This document shows, piece by piece, positions 48,313 through 61,019 of a stretch of 64,000 nucleotides of DNA; position 1 is the stretch's first letter; the number at the start of each line of letters is the position of its first letter. Where the stretch lies: contig OZ024766.1 in assembly GCA_964016885.1 (NCBI GenBank), positions 372,001 to 436,000 of the forward strand. Direction: 5' to 3'. The position numbers and the translations under genes were made by a program. The notes under the pieces were generated by a model, which saw only the letters and a program-made list of their open reading frames with translations, was not told the origin of the DNA and did not search any database. Source of the DNA: Eledone cirrhosa (taxonomy: Eukaryota).

Positions 48313-48436
48313 GGCTCTTTGTGATCGGAGTTCAAATCGCGCCGAGGCTAACTTTGCCTTTCATCCTTACCGGGTCGATAAAATAAAGTACCAGTAATAC
48401 ACTGAAATAATTGCCGGCCTTGTGCCTAAAGTAGAA
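48313..48436 (+). mobile_element. SINE insertion with apparent target-site duplication in the G9 upstream block
   Basis: SINE core flanked by ATTATTTTG(TTG)TTCGATAC / ATTATTTTGTTCGATAC; absent from paralogous blocks. Confidence 0.8.
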
Positions 48437-48627
48437 ATTATTTTGTTCGATACTGAATTGATTTTCTTTCTTTTTCCGTGACAAAATTTTAATTCTCAAT
48501 TTTCTCGTTATTTAGTAAGCTATGCCATCAAAGTTGATCGCCTTATAACCTGGAAATTGTTAAATATTCTAATATTTCAGTCTAAATAACGAGTTTCGAT
48601 AACATTTTAAATACCAACAAAGTGTTT

Positions 48628-48837
48628 GTGTTACATTTATTAAAACTACTAACAAGATGATATCATTACATATGGTGTTAATAACAGAGATTTAGATGGG
48701 TGTTAGATGTATTAAAACTACTTACAAGATGATATCATTACATATGGTGTTAATACCAGAGATTTAGATGGGTGTTAGATGTATTAAAGCTACCTAGAAG
48801 ATGATATCATTATATATAGTGTTAGAGATTTAGATGG
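48628..48837. repeat. 72-bp minisatellite, ~3 copies
   Basis: Same unit, same orientation as 1-826. Confidence 0.88.
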
Positions 48838-49713
48838 AAATATAACCAAGTCACAGACTTTACAAATTCCTGAACTATAACTTTATTATTAACAGCAGTG
48901 ACAGTAAAGGTTTCCAAAGTTAAGACATGGGACGACTTTGGAGTAAAGCTGTAATCCAACTTCAGATCAGCAAATTAAATGTACTGGCAGAGAAATCTGC
49001 AAACATTTTAATAAGGAGTCTTCCTCCACACTTGCTATCAGGATCGTGTCTGGGGTTCTCCTCTCGTCAGAGAGGTGCATCCTCGCAAGGTGATGAATCC
49101 AATGTGGGAGTAGGTCTCCTAATCATTATTTATATGAACAGAGTTGACATATACAACTGGGTTGAAAGTGATATGACAACTGGCAGATGTAGAATCAGTC
49201 AGCTGGAATCCGAAGACAACATGGGGGTTACTGCGACTTGCATTTGATAGGTTTGATGCCGTATGCTGTGACATGTTGCTCCCTAGCTAACCTGAACACT
49301 CAGTAGAGTGAGGGAATATCAGGAATAATTGTTTCTATTTTAGGCGCAAGGCCCACAATTACCCAGTACATTACTGGTACTTTATTTTATCGACCCCGTA
49401 AGGATGAAAGGCAAAGTTAACCTCGGTAATAATGTCGGCCCCCAGCTCACCTGAGAGATAGGTACCACCACTTCAGTCCTGACTTGGTCTGTCAGATGTT
49501 CCAAACTTACCAGCAGAGAAAAGACATTTAATGATGATGAACAGGAAATGTTGAAATTGCCAAAAATACTCTCAAGTTTCTTAGATTAAAAATGAAATAA
49601 AGAGGACACGGATGAGAAGTAAAGATTTTAATCTCAAATAAAAATAGCATCTATATTTGGAGTCTGTAGAATTGTTAAGGGTTCAATTTTGATGTTTATG
49701 GACAATAAGTTAA

Positions 49714-51109
49714 TCAGGTTTCACAGTCAACAGGTTTCCCTCCAGTATGTGTGTGTTTGTGTTTATTGAAGTTACTGCCACAGACAAAAGATTTCCCACA
49801 TATTTCACATTGGTAGGGTCTTTCTCCGGTGTGTGTTCTTTTATGTAGGGTCAATTTATAGCCTCTGGTAAAACATTTTCCACAAATTTCGCAAGAAAAG
49901 GGTTTTCCTCTAGTGTGACTTCGTCTGTGAGTGAGTAAGCTTGAGTTAGAAGAGAATGACTTCCCACATATCTCACAATGGAAGGGGTTTTTTTCCAGTG
50001 TGAGAACGCATGTGTTCAACAAGATAAGCTTTGTGAGGAAACGATTTCCTACAAATTTCACAATGGAAGGGTTTTTGTCCCGTGTGAGTTCGTATATGTC
50101 TAGATAAAGTACTGTTACTGATATAAAATTTCCCACAAATTTCACAGTGGAATGGTTTTTCTCCAGTGTGTGTTCTTTTGTGTATGGTTAATTTATTATT
50201 TCCACCAAAAGATTTCCCACAAATCTCGCACTCAAATGGGTTTTCTCCAGTGTGTGATTGGTTGTGTAGTTTAAGATAAAATTTTCCAGTGAAAGATTCC
50301 CCACATATTTCACAATGGAAAGGTTTTTCTCCAGTGTGAACACGTATATGGCCAACAAGATTAAAATTTGAATTAAAAGATTTCCCACAAATTTCACAGT
50401 GAAAAGGTTTATCTCCAGTATGTATTCTTTTGTGTTTTGTTAAAGCACTACTGTCGAAAAACGATTTTTGACATATTTCACATGGATATGGCTTTTCTCC
50501 AGTGTGTGTTCTTTTATGCTTTTTTAAATCACCCTTAAGAGCAAATGCTTTTCCACATACATCACAAGGATAAGGTTTTTCGCCAGTGTGAGTACGCATG
50601 TGGTTAACAATATAGGATTTGTGACTGAAAGATATCCCACATATTTCACAATGTAAGCGTTTCTCTCCAGTGTTTATTCTTTTGTGTGCAGTCAAATGGG
50701 AGCTTTTGGGGAAGGTTTTCTTTCCAGTGTGTGTTCTTTTGTGTTGTGACAAAGTATAGCAACGCACAAAAGATTTCCCACATATCTCACAATGAAACGG
50801 TTTCTCTCCAGTGTGACTACGTATGTGGAAGACAAGTTGTTGATTACGAGCAAAAGATTTCCCACATATTTCACAATGATAGGGTTTGTCTTTAGTATGT
50901 ATGTGTTTGTGTGTGGATAATTCATTTTCTGAAGAGAAAGTTTTCTTACAAATCTCACAGCTATATTCAGGAATATTTCTGTATAATGATCCTTGTTCAG
51001 TACATGTTTCACTAGGTAAAGGTTTCTCACCACTGTATGTCTGTGTAACTGTATCTATATTGGTAGAAACAGGTGTGTTAAAAATGTCCAAGGGTTTAAC
51101 GTCCTCCAT
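49714..51109 (-). CDS. G10: C2H2 ZNF (G6 type) with a +1 frameshift at ~49988; 378-aa ORF, 3 further fingers out of frame
   Basis: Linker reads CACTGG-A7-C4-TTC versus normal CACTGG-AGAAAAA-CCC-TTC; either a truncated allele or a sequencing error. Confidence 0.8.
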
Positions 51110-52282
51110 AGTAAGTCTTGAAGAATTCTTAACAGTTGGGAAATATCTGTGATTATAATATATTACAGTTCAGTTTCTTGTCTTAGATATCATAGGACTA
51201 TGTTTACATGTGTGGGAAATATACAACATAGATATACTTTCTATATATATATCTAGAATTCTTGTAGCTAAGTGAGTCCTCTCCAAGTGGTATATATGTA
51301 GTGTCAGGATTGTTTACCACGGAGTGTAGAAAAGTACACAATATCTGCTGTGTTAACAATACAAATAATACGTACTTTATATTTCAAGTCCAAATGTAAA
51401 GTCAAGAAAGCTAATTGTTCAGATGTTGGTGATTTAAACCTATTTCTCACTGTCCTGTAAAATGTGGAACAACCAATTCACGATGTAGCGTAGTTTCTCA
51501 TGAAATGAAATATTTAATCATGTAGATGGAACACCTACCCTGGAACATGTACCTCACTCTATGTTATCTACAGAATATTAACTTTCACTTTAACATGAGA
51601 TAATTACCCCATAAAATATAATTAGATAAATTAATGTTATAATTAAGATAGCAGGTACGTGGTGTCGTTCGCAATGTTTCGCTCTGTCGAATAACACCGG
51701 TGTAATACGTTAAAAGTCCCTGACATAGTTTAATATATTCAGAAAGACCTTCAGTTATATCAATTAACTCCATCAATTGTATCCAACCCCTGGTAAAACA
51801 ACGAACATCACCCAGTAAAATAATTATTACGTATCATCGAGGGAGTCTCTTGCTTTGTTGCTTGGTTTGGTAGATATAGCAGCTAAATCACATTCTATTG
51901 TCTTAAAATAGCGGAAGAACGTATTCGGCAGTGAATATATGTATGTGTGTATGTATATATATCTATATATATATATATATATGTATACCAACGTGATAGT
52001 CACGGCTGGAACATCAATGAATACATATCTGGGAATTAAATTAAGCCAAGACATTGTTGTCTCCCCTGACTAATCAATATATTATTTTGTTCGATACTGA
52101 ATTGATTTTCTTTCCTTTTGACTGTGACTAAATTTTAATTCTAAATTTTCTCGTTATTTAGTAAGCTATACCATCAAAGTTAATAGTCCTATAACCTGGA
52201 GATTGTTAAATATTCTAATATTTCAGTCTAAATAACAAGTTTCGATAAAATTTTAAACATTTTAAATACCAACAAAGTGTTT

Positions 52283-52632
52283 GTGTTACATTTATTAAAA
52301 CTACTTACAAGATGATATTACATATGGCGTTAATAACAGAGATTTAGATGGGTGTTAGATGTATTAAAACTACTTACAAGATGATATCATTACATATGGT
52401 GTTAATAACAGATTTAGATGTGTATTAGATGTATTAAAACTACTTACAAGATGATATCATTACATATGGTGTTATTAACAGAGATTTAGATGGGTGTTAG
52501 ATGTATTAAAGCTACCTACAAGATGATATCATTACATATGGTGTTAATACCAGAGATTCAGATGGGTGTTAGATGTATTAAAGCTACCTAGAAGATGATA
52601 TCATTATATATAGTGTTCGAGATTTAGATGGA
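52283..52632. repeat. 72-bp minisatellite, ~5 copies
   Basis: Same unit. Confidence 0.92.
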
Positions 52633-52989
52633 AATATAACCAAGTCACAGACTTTACAAATTCCTGAACTATAACTTTATTATTAACAGCAGTGACAGTA
52701 AAGGTTTCCAAAGTTAAGACATGGGACGACTTTGGGATTAAGCTGGAATCCAACTTCAGATCAGCAAATTAAATGTTCTGGCAGAGAAATCTGCGAACAT
52801 TTTAATAAGGAGCCTTCCTCCACACTTGCTATCAGGATTGTGTCTGGGGTTCTAGACTCTTCAGAGAGGTGCATCCTCGCAAGGTGATGAAAATACTTTG
52901 CTTATCTCCTAAACCCAATCACAAGATTTTCTGGTGTACATGAAATGCATCTGGGAGCAGTGACTAATCTCTGACAGGCTGAGAGCACA

Positions 52990-53720
52990 GGAGTATTTAG
53001 TTAGCTCAAATGCTGCTGGGGAAGATGAAATCCAGCCAGAGATGTTAAAAGCCTTAAATAGAGTAGATATATTCTCTCGTTGACTCATGTGTGTTGGGAA
53101 GTCTGGGTCTCTGGAAAGGCAGCTAAGCAATGGCAATTGGGAATGATAATCCCAATTTTCAAAAAGAGAGATTGTTCCAATTACAGAGGGATCTCCTTGT
53201 TAAGCCTCCCTGGTAAAGTCTACACTAAGTGTCTGGCAAAGAGATGCAAGGAGATTGTTGAGTTCAAGTTAGCTGATGACCAGTGTGGTTTGGGCCCCTG
53301 ATGCAGCACAGCCGACCAAATATTCACACAGCAGTAGGTCTTCGAGGAATTGTGGGAGTGCTGCCAAGAGGTTTATACTTGTTTTGTCGATCTCTAAAAG
53401 GCATCTAACCATGTTCCTCGGGACCAGTTGTGGAATGTTCTGCAGGATTATGGGATCGATAGTCAGCTACTTCCTGCCCTGATGTCTCTATATGAATGGC
53501 TAAATATTTGTGTTCAGATAAATGTTGTTAAAGTGTATCCAATGTGGGAGTAGGTCTCCTAATCATTATTTATATGAACAGAGTTGACATGTACAACTGG
53601 GTTGAAAGTGATATGACAACTGGCAGATGTAGAATCAGTCAGCTAGAATCTGAAGACAACATGGGGTTACTGCGACTTGCATTTGATAGGTTTGATGCCG
53701 TATGCTGTAAGCGACATGTT
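52990..53720 (+). mobile_element. RTE-clade LINE RT fragment
   Basis: AAGEDEIQPEMLKAL, IIPIFKKRDCSNYRGISLLSLPGKVY, DDQCG, CFVDL. Confidence 0.88.
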
Positions 53721-54144
53721 GCTCCCTAGCTAACCTGAACACTCAGTAGAGTGAGGGAATATCAGGAATAATTGTTTCTATTTTAGGCGCAAGGCCCACA
53801 ATAACCCAGTACATTACTGGTACTTTATTTTATCGACCCCGTAAGTATGAAAGGCAAAGTTAACCTCGGTAATAATGTAGGCCCCCAGCTCATCTGAGAG
53901 ATGGGTACCACCACTTCAGTCCTGACTTGGTCCAAACTTACCAGCAGAGAAAAGACATTTAATGATGATGAACAGGAAATGTTGAGATTGCCAAAAATGC
54001 TCTCAGGTTTCTTAGATTAAAAATGAAATAAAGAGGACAAGGATGAGAAGGAAAGATTTTAATCTCAAATAAAAATAGCATCTATATTTGGAGTCTGTAG
54101 AATTATTAAGGGTTCAATTTTGATGTTTATGGACAATAAGTTAA

Positions 54145-56464
54145 TCAGGTTTCACAGTCAACAGGTTTCCCTCCAGTATGTGTGTGTTTGTGTTTATTGA
54201 AGTTACTGCCACAGACAAAAGATTTCCCACATATTTCACAATGATAGGGTTTTTCCTCAGTGTGTATCCTTTTGTGAGTTGATAAACTGCTGCTAGTGAC
54301 AAAAGATTTCCCACATATTTCACAATGATAGGGTTTTTCTCCGGTGTGTGTTCTTTTATGTAGGGTCAATTTATAGCCTCTGATAAAACATTTCCCACAA
54401 ACTTCGCAAGAAAAGCGTTTTTCTCCAGTGTGACTTCGTCTCTGAGTCAGTAAGCTTGAGTTAGAAGAGAATGACTTCCCACATATCTCACAATGGAAGG
54501 TTTTTTTTTCCAGTGTGAGAATGCATGTGTTCAACAAGATAAGCTTTGTGAGGAAACGATTTCCCACAAATTTCACAATGGAAGGGTTTTTGTCTCGTGT
54601 GAGTTCGTATATGTTTAGATAAACTACTGCTACTGATAAAAGATTTCCCACATATCTCACAATGGAAGGGTCTTTCTCCAGTGTGAGTTCGTATATGTCT
54701 AGATAAACTACTGTTACTGATATAAGATTTCCCACATACTTCACAGTGGAATGGTTTTTCTCCAGTGTGTGTTCTTTTGTGGATAGTTAATTTATTATTT
54801 CCAACAAAAGATTTCCCACAAATCTCGCACTCAAATGGGTTTTCTCCAGTGTGTGATTGGTTGTGTAGTTTAAGATTAAATTTTCCAGTGAAAGATTCCC
54901 CACATATTTCACAATGGAAAGGTTTTTCTCCAGTGTGAACACGTATATGGCCAACAAGATTAAAATTTGAATTAAAAGATTTCCCACAAATTTCACAGTG
55001 AAAAGGTTTATCTCCAGTGTGTATCCTTTTGTGAGTTGATAAAACGTTGCTAGTGACAAAAGATTTCCCACATATTTCACATTGGTAGGGTCTTTCTCCT
55101 GTGTGTGTTCTTTTATGTAGGGTCAATTTATAGCCTCTGGTAAAACATTTTCCACAAATTTCGCAAGAAAAGGGTTTTCCTCTAGTGTGACTTCGTTTGT
55201 GAGTGAGTAAGCTTGAGTTAGAAGAGAATGACTTCCCACATATCTCACAATGGAAGGGTTTTTCTCCAGTGTGAGAACGCATGTGTGTAACAAGGTGAGA
55301 TTTGTAAGGAAACGATTTCCTACAAATTTCACAATGGAAGGGTTTTTGCCTTGTGTGAGTTCGTATATGTTTAGATATACTACTGTTACTGATAAAAGAT
55401 TTCCCACATACTTCACAGTGGAAGGGTTTTTCTCCAGTGTGAATTCGTATATGTCTTGATAAACTACCGTTACAGATAAAAGATTTCCCACAAATTTCAC
55501 AGTGGAATGGTTTTTCTCCAGTGTGTGTTCTTTTGTGTATGGTTAATTTATTATTTCCAACAAAAAATTTCCCACAAATCTTGCACTCAAATGGGTTTTC
55601 TCCAGTGTGTGATTGGTTGTGTAGTTTAAGATTAAATTTTCCAGTGAAAGATTCCCCACATATTTCACAATGGAAAGGTTTTTCTCCAGTGTGAACACGT
55701 ATATGGCCAACAAGATTAAAATTTGAATTAAAAGATTTCCCACAAATTTCACAGTGAAAAGGTTTATCTCCAGTGTGTATTCTTTTGTGTTTTGTTAAAG
55801 CACTACTGTCGATAAACGATTTTTGACATATTTCACATGGATATGGCTTTTCTCCAGTGTGTGTTCTTTTATGCTTTTTTAAATCACCCTTAAGAGCAAA
55901 TGATTTTCCACATACATCACAAGGATAAGGTTTTTCCCCAGTGTGAGTACGTATGTGGTTAACAATATAGGATTTGTGAATGAAAGATCTCCCACAGATT
56001 TCACAATGGAAGCGTTTCTCTCCAGTGTTTATTCTTTTGTGTGCAGTCAAATGGGAGCTTTTGAGGAAGGTTTTCTTTCCAGTGTGTGTTCTTTTGTGTC
56101 GTGACAAAGTATAGCTACGCACAAAAGATTTCCCACATATCTCACAATGAAACGGTTTCTCTCCAGTGTGACTACGTATGTGGATGACAAGTTGTTGATT
56201 ACGAGCAAAAGATTTCCCACATGTTTCACAGTGGAAAGGTTTGTCTTTAGTATGTATGTGTTTGTGTGTGGATAATTCATTTTCTGAAGAGAAAGTTTTC
56301 TTACAAATCTCACAGCTATATTCAGGAATATTTCTGTATAATGATCCTTGTTCAGTACATGTTTCACTAGGTAAAGGTTTCTCACCACTGTATGTCTGTG
56401 TAACTGTATCTATATTGGTAGAAACAGGTGTGTTAAAAATATCCAAGGGTTTAACGTCCTCCAT
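54145..56464 (-). CDS. G11: chimeric C2H2 ZNF with a +1 frameshift at ~54505; 658-aa ORF (21 fingers plus half-finger), 4 further fingers out of frame
   Basis: Linker reads CACTGG-A9-CC-TTC; G6-type N-terminal half and G7-type internal duplication. Confidence 0.82.
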
Positions 56465-57296
56465 AGTAATTCTTGAAGAATTCTTAACAGTTGAGAAATA
56501 TCTGTGATTATAATATATTACAGTTCAGTTTCTTGTCTTAGATATCATAGGACTATGTTTACATGTGTGGAAAATATACAACATAGATATACTTTCTATA
56601 TATATATCTAGAATTCTTGTAGCCAAGTGAGTCCTCTCCAAGTGGTATATATGTATTGTTGTAAATCAGAATTGTTTACCACGGAGTGTAGAAAAGTACA
56701 CAATATCTGCTGTGTTAACAACACAAATAATACGTACTTTATATTTCAAGTCCAAGTGTAAAGTCAAGAAAGACCAGGAAAGCTAATTGTTCAGATGTTG
56801 GTGATTTAAACCTATTTCTCATTGTCCTGTAAAATGTGGAACAACCAATTCACGATGTAGCGTAGTTTCTCATGAAATGAAATATTTAATCATGTAGGAG
56901 ATGGAACACCTACCCTGGAACATGTAGCTCACTCTATGTTATCTACAGAATATTAACTTTCACCTTAACATGAGATAATTACCCCATAAAATATAATTAG
57001 ATTAATTAAAGTTATAATTAAGATAGCAGGTACGTGGTGTCGTTGGTAATGTTTCGCTCTCCTGAATAACACCGGTGTCATACGTTAAAAGTCCCTGACA
57101 TAATTTAATTTATTCAGAAAGGCCTTCAGTTATATCAATTAACTCCATCAATTGTATCCAACCCCTGGTAAAACAACGAACATCACCCAGTAAAATAATT
57201 ATTACGTATCATCGAGGGAGTCTCTTGTTTTGGTAGATATAGCAGCTGAATCACATTCTATTGTCTTAAAATAGCATTAGAACGTATTCGCCAGTG

Positions 57297-57341
<45 letters not shown>

Positions 57342-57470
57342 CAACGTGATAGTCACGGCTGGAACATCAATGAAAACATATCTGGGAATTAAATTAAGCC
57401 AAGACATTGTTGTCTCCCCTGACTGTGATCAATATATTATTTTGTTCGATACTGAATTGATTTTCTTTCT
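56465..57470 (-). promoter_or_regulatory. Conserved upstream block of G11
   Basis: Homologous to the other blocks; truncated distally, with no minisatellite. Confidence 0.7.
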
Positions 57471-57571
57471 CTAAAATCACAAACTCAGGTGGAAAATAGT
57501 ACCTTACAAAATAAAATACCTCGTAGCAAAATAAAATACTTAGTAACAGCGAATCAAATATGTGTATTCCT

Positions 57572-57615
<44 letters not shown>

Positions 57616-57713
57616 CACACAAACTTGTGTGTGTGTGACTTGGTTATGATACAGAAGGAATTTTGTCTGCAGTTTTTATTGCCAAATCAAAGGCCACTGC
57701 TCTTTTCAACAAC

Positions 57714-57766
<53 letters not shown>

Positions 57767-58501
57767 TCATCATCGTTTAACGTCCATCTTCCACGCTATA
57801 TATACGTATATATATATATATATAAAGATTTACATATACATGAAGTCATAGATATTGTCACGTTGTGGCTCAATGAAGAATTAATAAATTAAATAATCAG
57901 AGCAATATATCATAAATCATGTCCTTAGAATTATTAGATAAAATATATACCATTTCCTCTCCCAATTAGCATAATTAACCATATAAAAAATTAATTAGAC
58001 CAAGCTATAAGAGTAAAGGCTCCTATGAAGAAATTTCCGACAAATAACCGAAAGCGGCCTCTTTGCGGTGGCCCCGATAGAATATTTATTCAACATTTCA
58101 ACAGCATGTAGAAACTGACTAAATATACCGTCTACCATACACAATTAGGTGTAAATTCAAACTTAGAAGAAATGTATACATACCGTAATTATATCTCTAC
58201 CATGGTTTCTTCCGTATTTTTAGACATCCAATAACAGGATACATCCAGAGTATCGGACTCATTAGGAGTGAACTCAAAATTAGATATTTAATTTTCCAAA
58301 GTCATCGCGCCAAAAATAGATTCAAAAATGCTAAGAATCGTGACGTGGCAGTGGTCAGGTTAGAAAGAATGTGATTAGTTGCTAGAAAGCGCAGCCCAAT
58401 ATCGCCCAATTGTATCTCAACCTAACGGGAGATTATTAAATATAAAGATTACATATACATAAAGTCATAGATATATATGTTTTGCAAATTCTAAGGACAT
58501 G

Positions 58502-58547
<46 letters not shown>

Positions 58548-58702
58548 AGAAAGAGTGAGGGGGAGAGAGAGAGTAAGAAGTGTGTGTGTTTGGTACACGT
58601 CTATCTATCTCCAACAGGGTCTCAAAAATGCGGTCCGCGAACTACTTTTCTGAGGCCCGTGGTAGAACCAATATTTCATATTGCATTATAACAGGTGAAA
58701 AT

Positions 58703-58912
58703 AAGGCAGTGAGCTGGTGGACTCGTCTGGCGAAATGCTTAACGGTACTTCTTCCGTTTTTACGTTCTGAGTTCAAATTCCGCCGATCTCAACTTTGCCT
58801 TTCATCCTTTTGGGGTCGATAAATTAAGTACCTGTTGTGTACTAGGATCGATGTAATCGCCGGGACCCTAAACCGCAAATTTCATGCTTTGTTCCTAGAG
58901 TAGAAATTATTG
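58703..58912 (+). mobile_element. Near full-length octopus tRNA-derived SINE
   Basis: A-box-like GGCAGTGAGCTGG, B-box GAGTTCAAATTCC, core CTTTGCCTTTCATCCTTTTGGGGTCGATAAATTAAGTACC. Confidence 0.8.
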
Positions 58913-59017
58913 TAACTGGTGAAAATCCCCCCCCCCCACCACCACGTTTGGCCTACTGTGCCTCTCCTTCAGGACGTAATGGCCCTTTTGATTCCTTTAG
59001 TTTGAGACCCCTCTTCT

Positions 59018-59062
<45 letters not shown>

Positions 59063-59234
59063 CATACTTTACTTGTTTTCTGTCTCTGGACTACGCCCAT
59101 GCTGAAGCATCACTTTTGTAAGTTATGGGGACGTCAACAAACCAACAAGCAATGGTGGGAGGGCACACACAAACGCAAAGACACACACAGTTTCGGTCTA
59201 TCAAATCCACTCACAGGGCTTTAGTCAGCCCGGG

Positions 59235-60365
59235 CAACAGTGTCTGGGGTCGAGTGATGGAAGGCAGGAGGCTGAATTAAGTGTAAGAACTGCAGGAGTT
59301 GGTGCAGTAATTCACCAGCTTCAGCATTCAGTAGTCAGAAGGGGGATAGGTGCAAAAGCCAAACTGGCTTCAATTCATGCCAACCCTTACACATGGTCAT
59401 GAATGAAAGAGTAGGATTGGGAATACAAGTGGCCAATATTGGACTCCTCCGAAGGGTCCCTGAATTAACGTTTTTCGATAGAGGGCACAGCTCAGAGATC
59501 AGAGAGTCACTCCAGGTAGAGCAGCAACTTCTTTGACTTAAGAGATTGCGGCTCCGATACTACAGACATGTGGTTAGAATGTATCAGGAAAGAATCTCTG
59601 GATTGAGAGATCACAGCTCTGATACTACAGACATGTGGTTAGAATGTATCAGGAAAGAATCTCTGGATTGAGAGATCACAGCTCTGATACTACAGACATG
59701 TGGTTAGAATGTCTCAGGAAAGAATCTCTGAATTGAGAGACCACAGCTCTGATACTACAGACATGTGGTTAGAATGTCTGAGGAAAGAATCTCTGGATTG
59801 AGAGATCACAGCTCTGATACTATGGACATGTGGTTAGAATGTCTCAGGAAAGAATCTCTGAATTGAGAGACCACAGCTCTGATACTAGAGACATGTGGTT
59901 AGAATGTATCAGGAAAGAATCTCTGAATTGAGAGATCACAGCTCTGATACTAGAGACATGTGGTTAGAATGTATCAGGAAAGAATCTCTGAATTGAGAGA
60001 TCACAGCTCTGATACTACAGACATGTGGTTAGAATGTCTGAGGAAAGAATCTCTGGATTGAGAGATCACAGCTCTGATACTATGGACATGTGGTTAGAAT
60101 GTATCAGGAAAGAATCTCTGAATTGAGAGATCACAGCTCTGAAACTACAGACATGTGGTTAAAATGTCTCAGGAAAGATTTGCTGGATAGATTATATTGG
60201 CAAAAACCAACCAGAAAGAGCCCCAGGGGTAAACCTTGATCCAGATGGTTGGATAACATCTATGAGTTTTGCTGCTCATCCTTAGGGATCCAGCCAGAGC
60301 AGTTGGCGATGGTTGCTTCTCGTAGGACCCACTGTCCTCACAAACCTTTCATGAAGAAGAGGAGG
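59235..60365 (+). mobile_element. RTE-clade LINE 3' end
   Basis: IQVANIGLLRRV...HSSEIRESLQVE...LRYYRHVVRM...RW; GAAGAAGAGGAGG tail. Confidence 0.75.
59541..60178. repeat. 65-bp minisatellite, ~10 copies, derived from the LINE ORF
   Basis: GCTCTGATACTACAGACATGTGGTTAGAATGTATCAGGAAAGAATCTCTGGATTGAGAGATCACA at 59616, 59681 and onward. Confidence 0.95.
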
Positions 60366-61019
60366 ATGTTAAGAAGAAAAGGAATACTGGTGTACAACAC
60401 CTACAATTTCTGAGACACAACCTTACCACAGGTGATGCAGGCACTCAATAGTTGCTACCTTCACAGTACCATACTTCAGTCATGTCAAAAACACAACTTC
60501 CTAGTTTTGGTGATCTACATAACAAATACACCCAGTACACACTGTAAAGAAGTTGCTTCAGAGAAGAGCATTAGGGGGTGAGCCTACAGCTGTGGTAAAG
60601 ACATGGAGACATTTTTAATGCTGGTGTTACAATAAAATACACCCTCAATAGAGCTTGTAGTGACATGTTGCTCCCTAGCTAACCTGAACACTCAGTAGAG
60701 TGAGGGAATATCAGTAATAATGTAGGCCCCCAGCTCATCTGAGTGATAGGTAGCACCACTTCAGTACTAACTTGGTATGTCAGATGTTCCAAACTTACCA
60801 GCAGAGAAAAGACATTTAATGATGATGAACAGGAAATGCTGAGATTGCAAAAAACACTCTCAAGTTTCTTAAATTAAAAATGAAATAAAGAAGACAAGGA
60901 TGAGACGTAAAGATTTTAATTTCAAATAGAAAATATAATCTAAAAAAAATGGCAAGCAATCTTTGGAGTCTGTAGAACTGCTAAGGGTTCAATTTTGCTG
61001 TTGATGGACAATAAGTTAA

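Noticed and set aside
54495-54512. Programmed -1 ribosomal frameshift at the A-run
   Set aside because: The lesion is a 1-nt gain needing a +1 shift, and no stimulatory structure is evident
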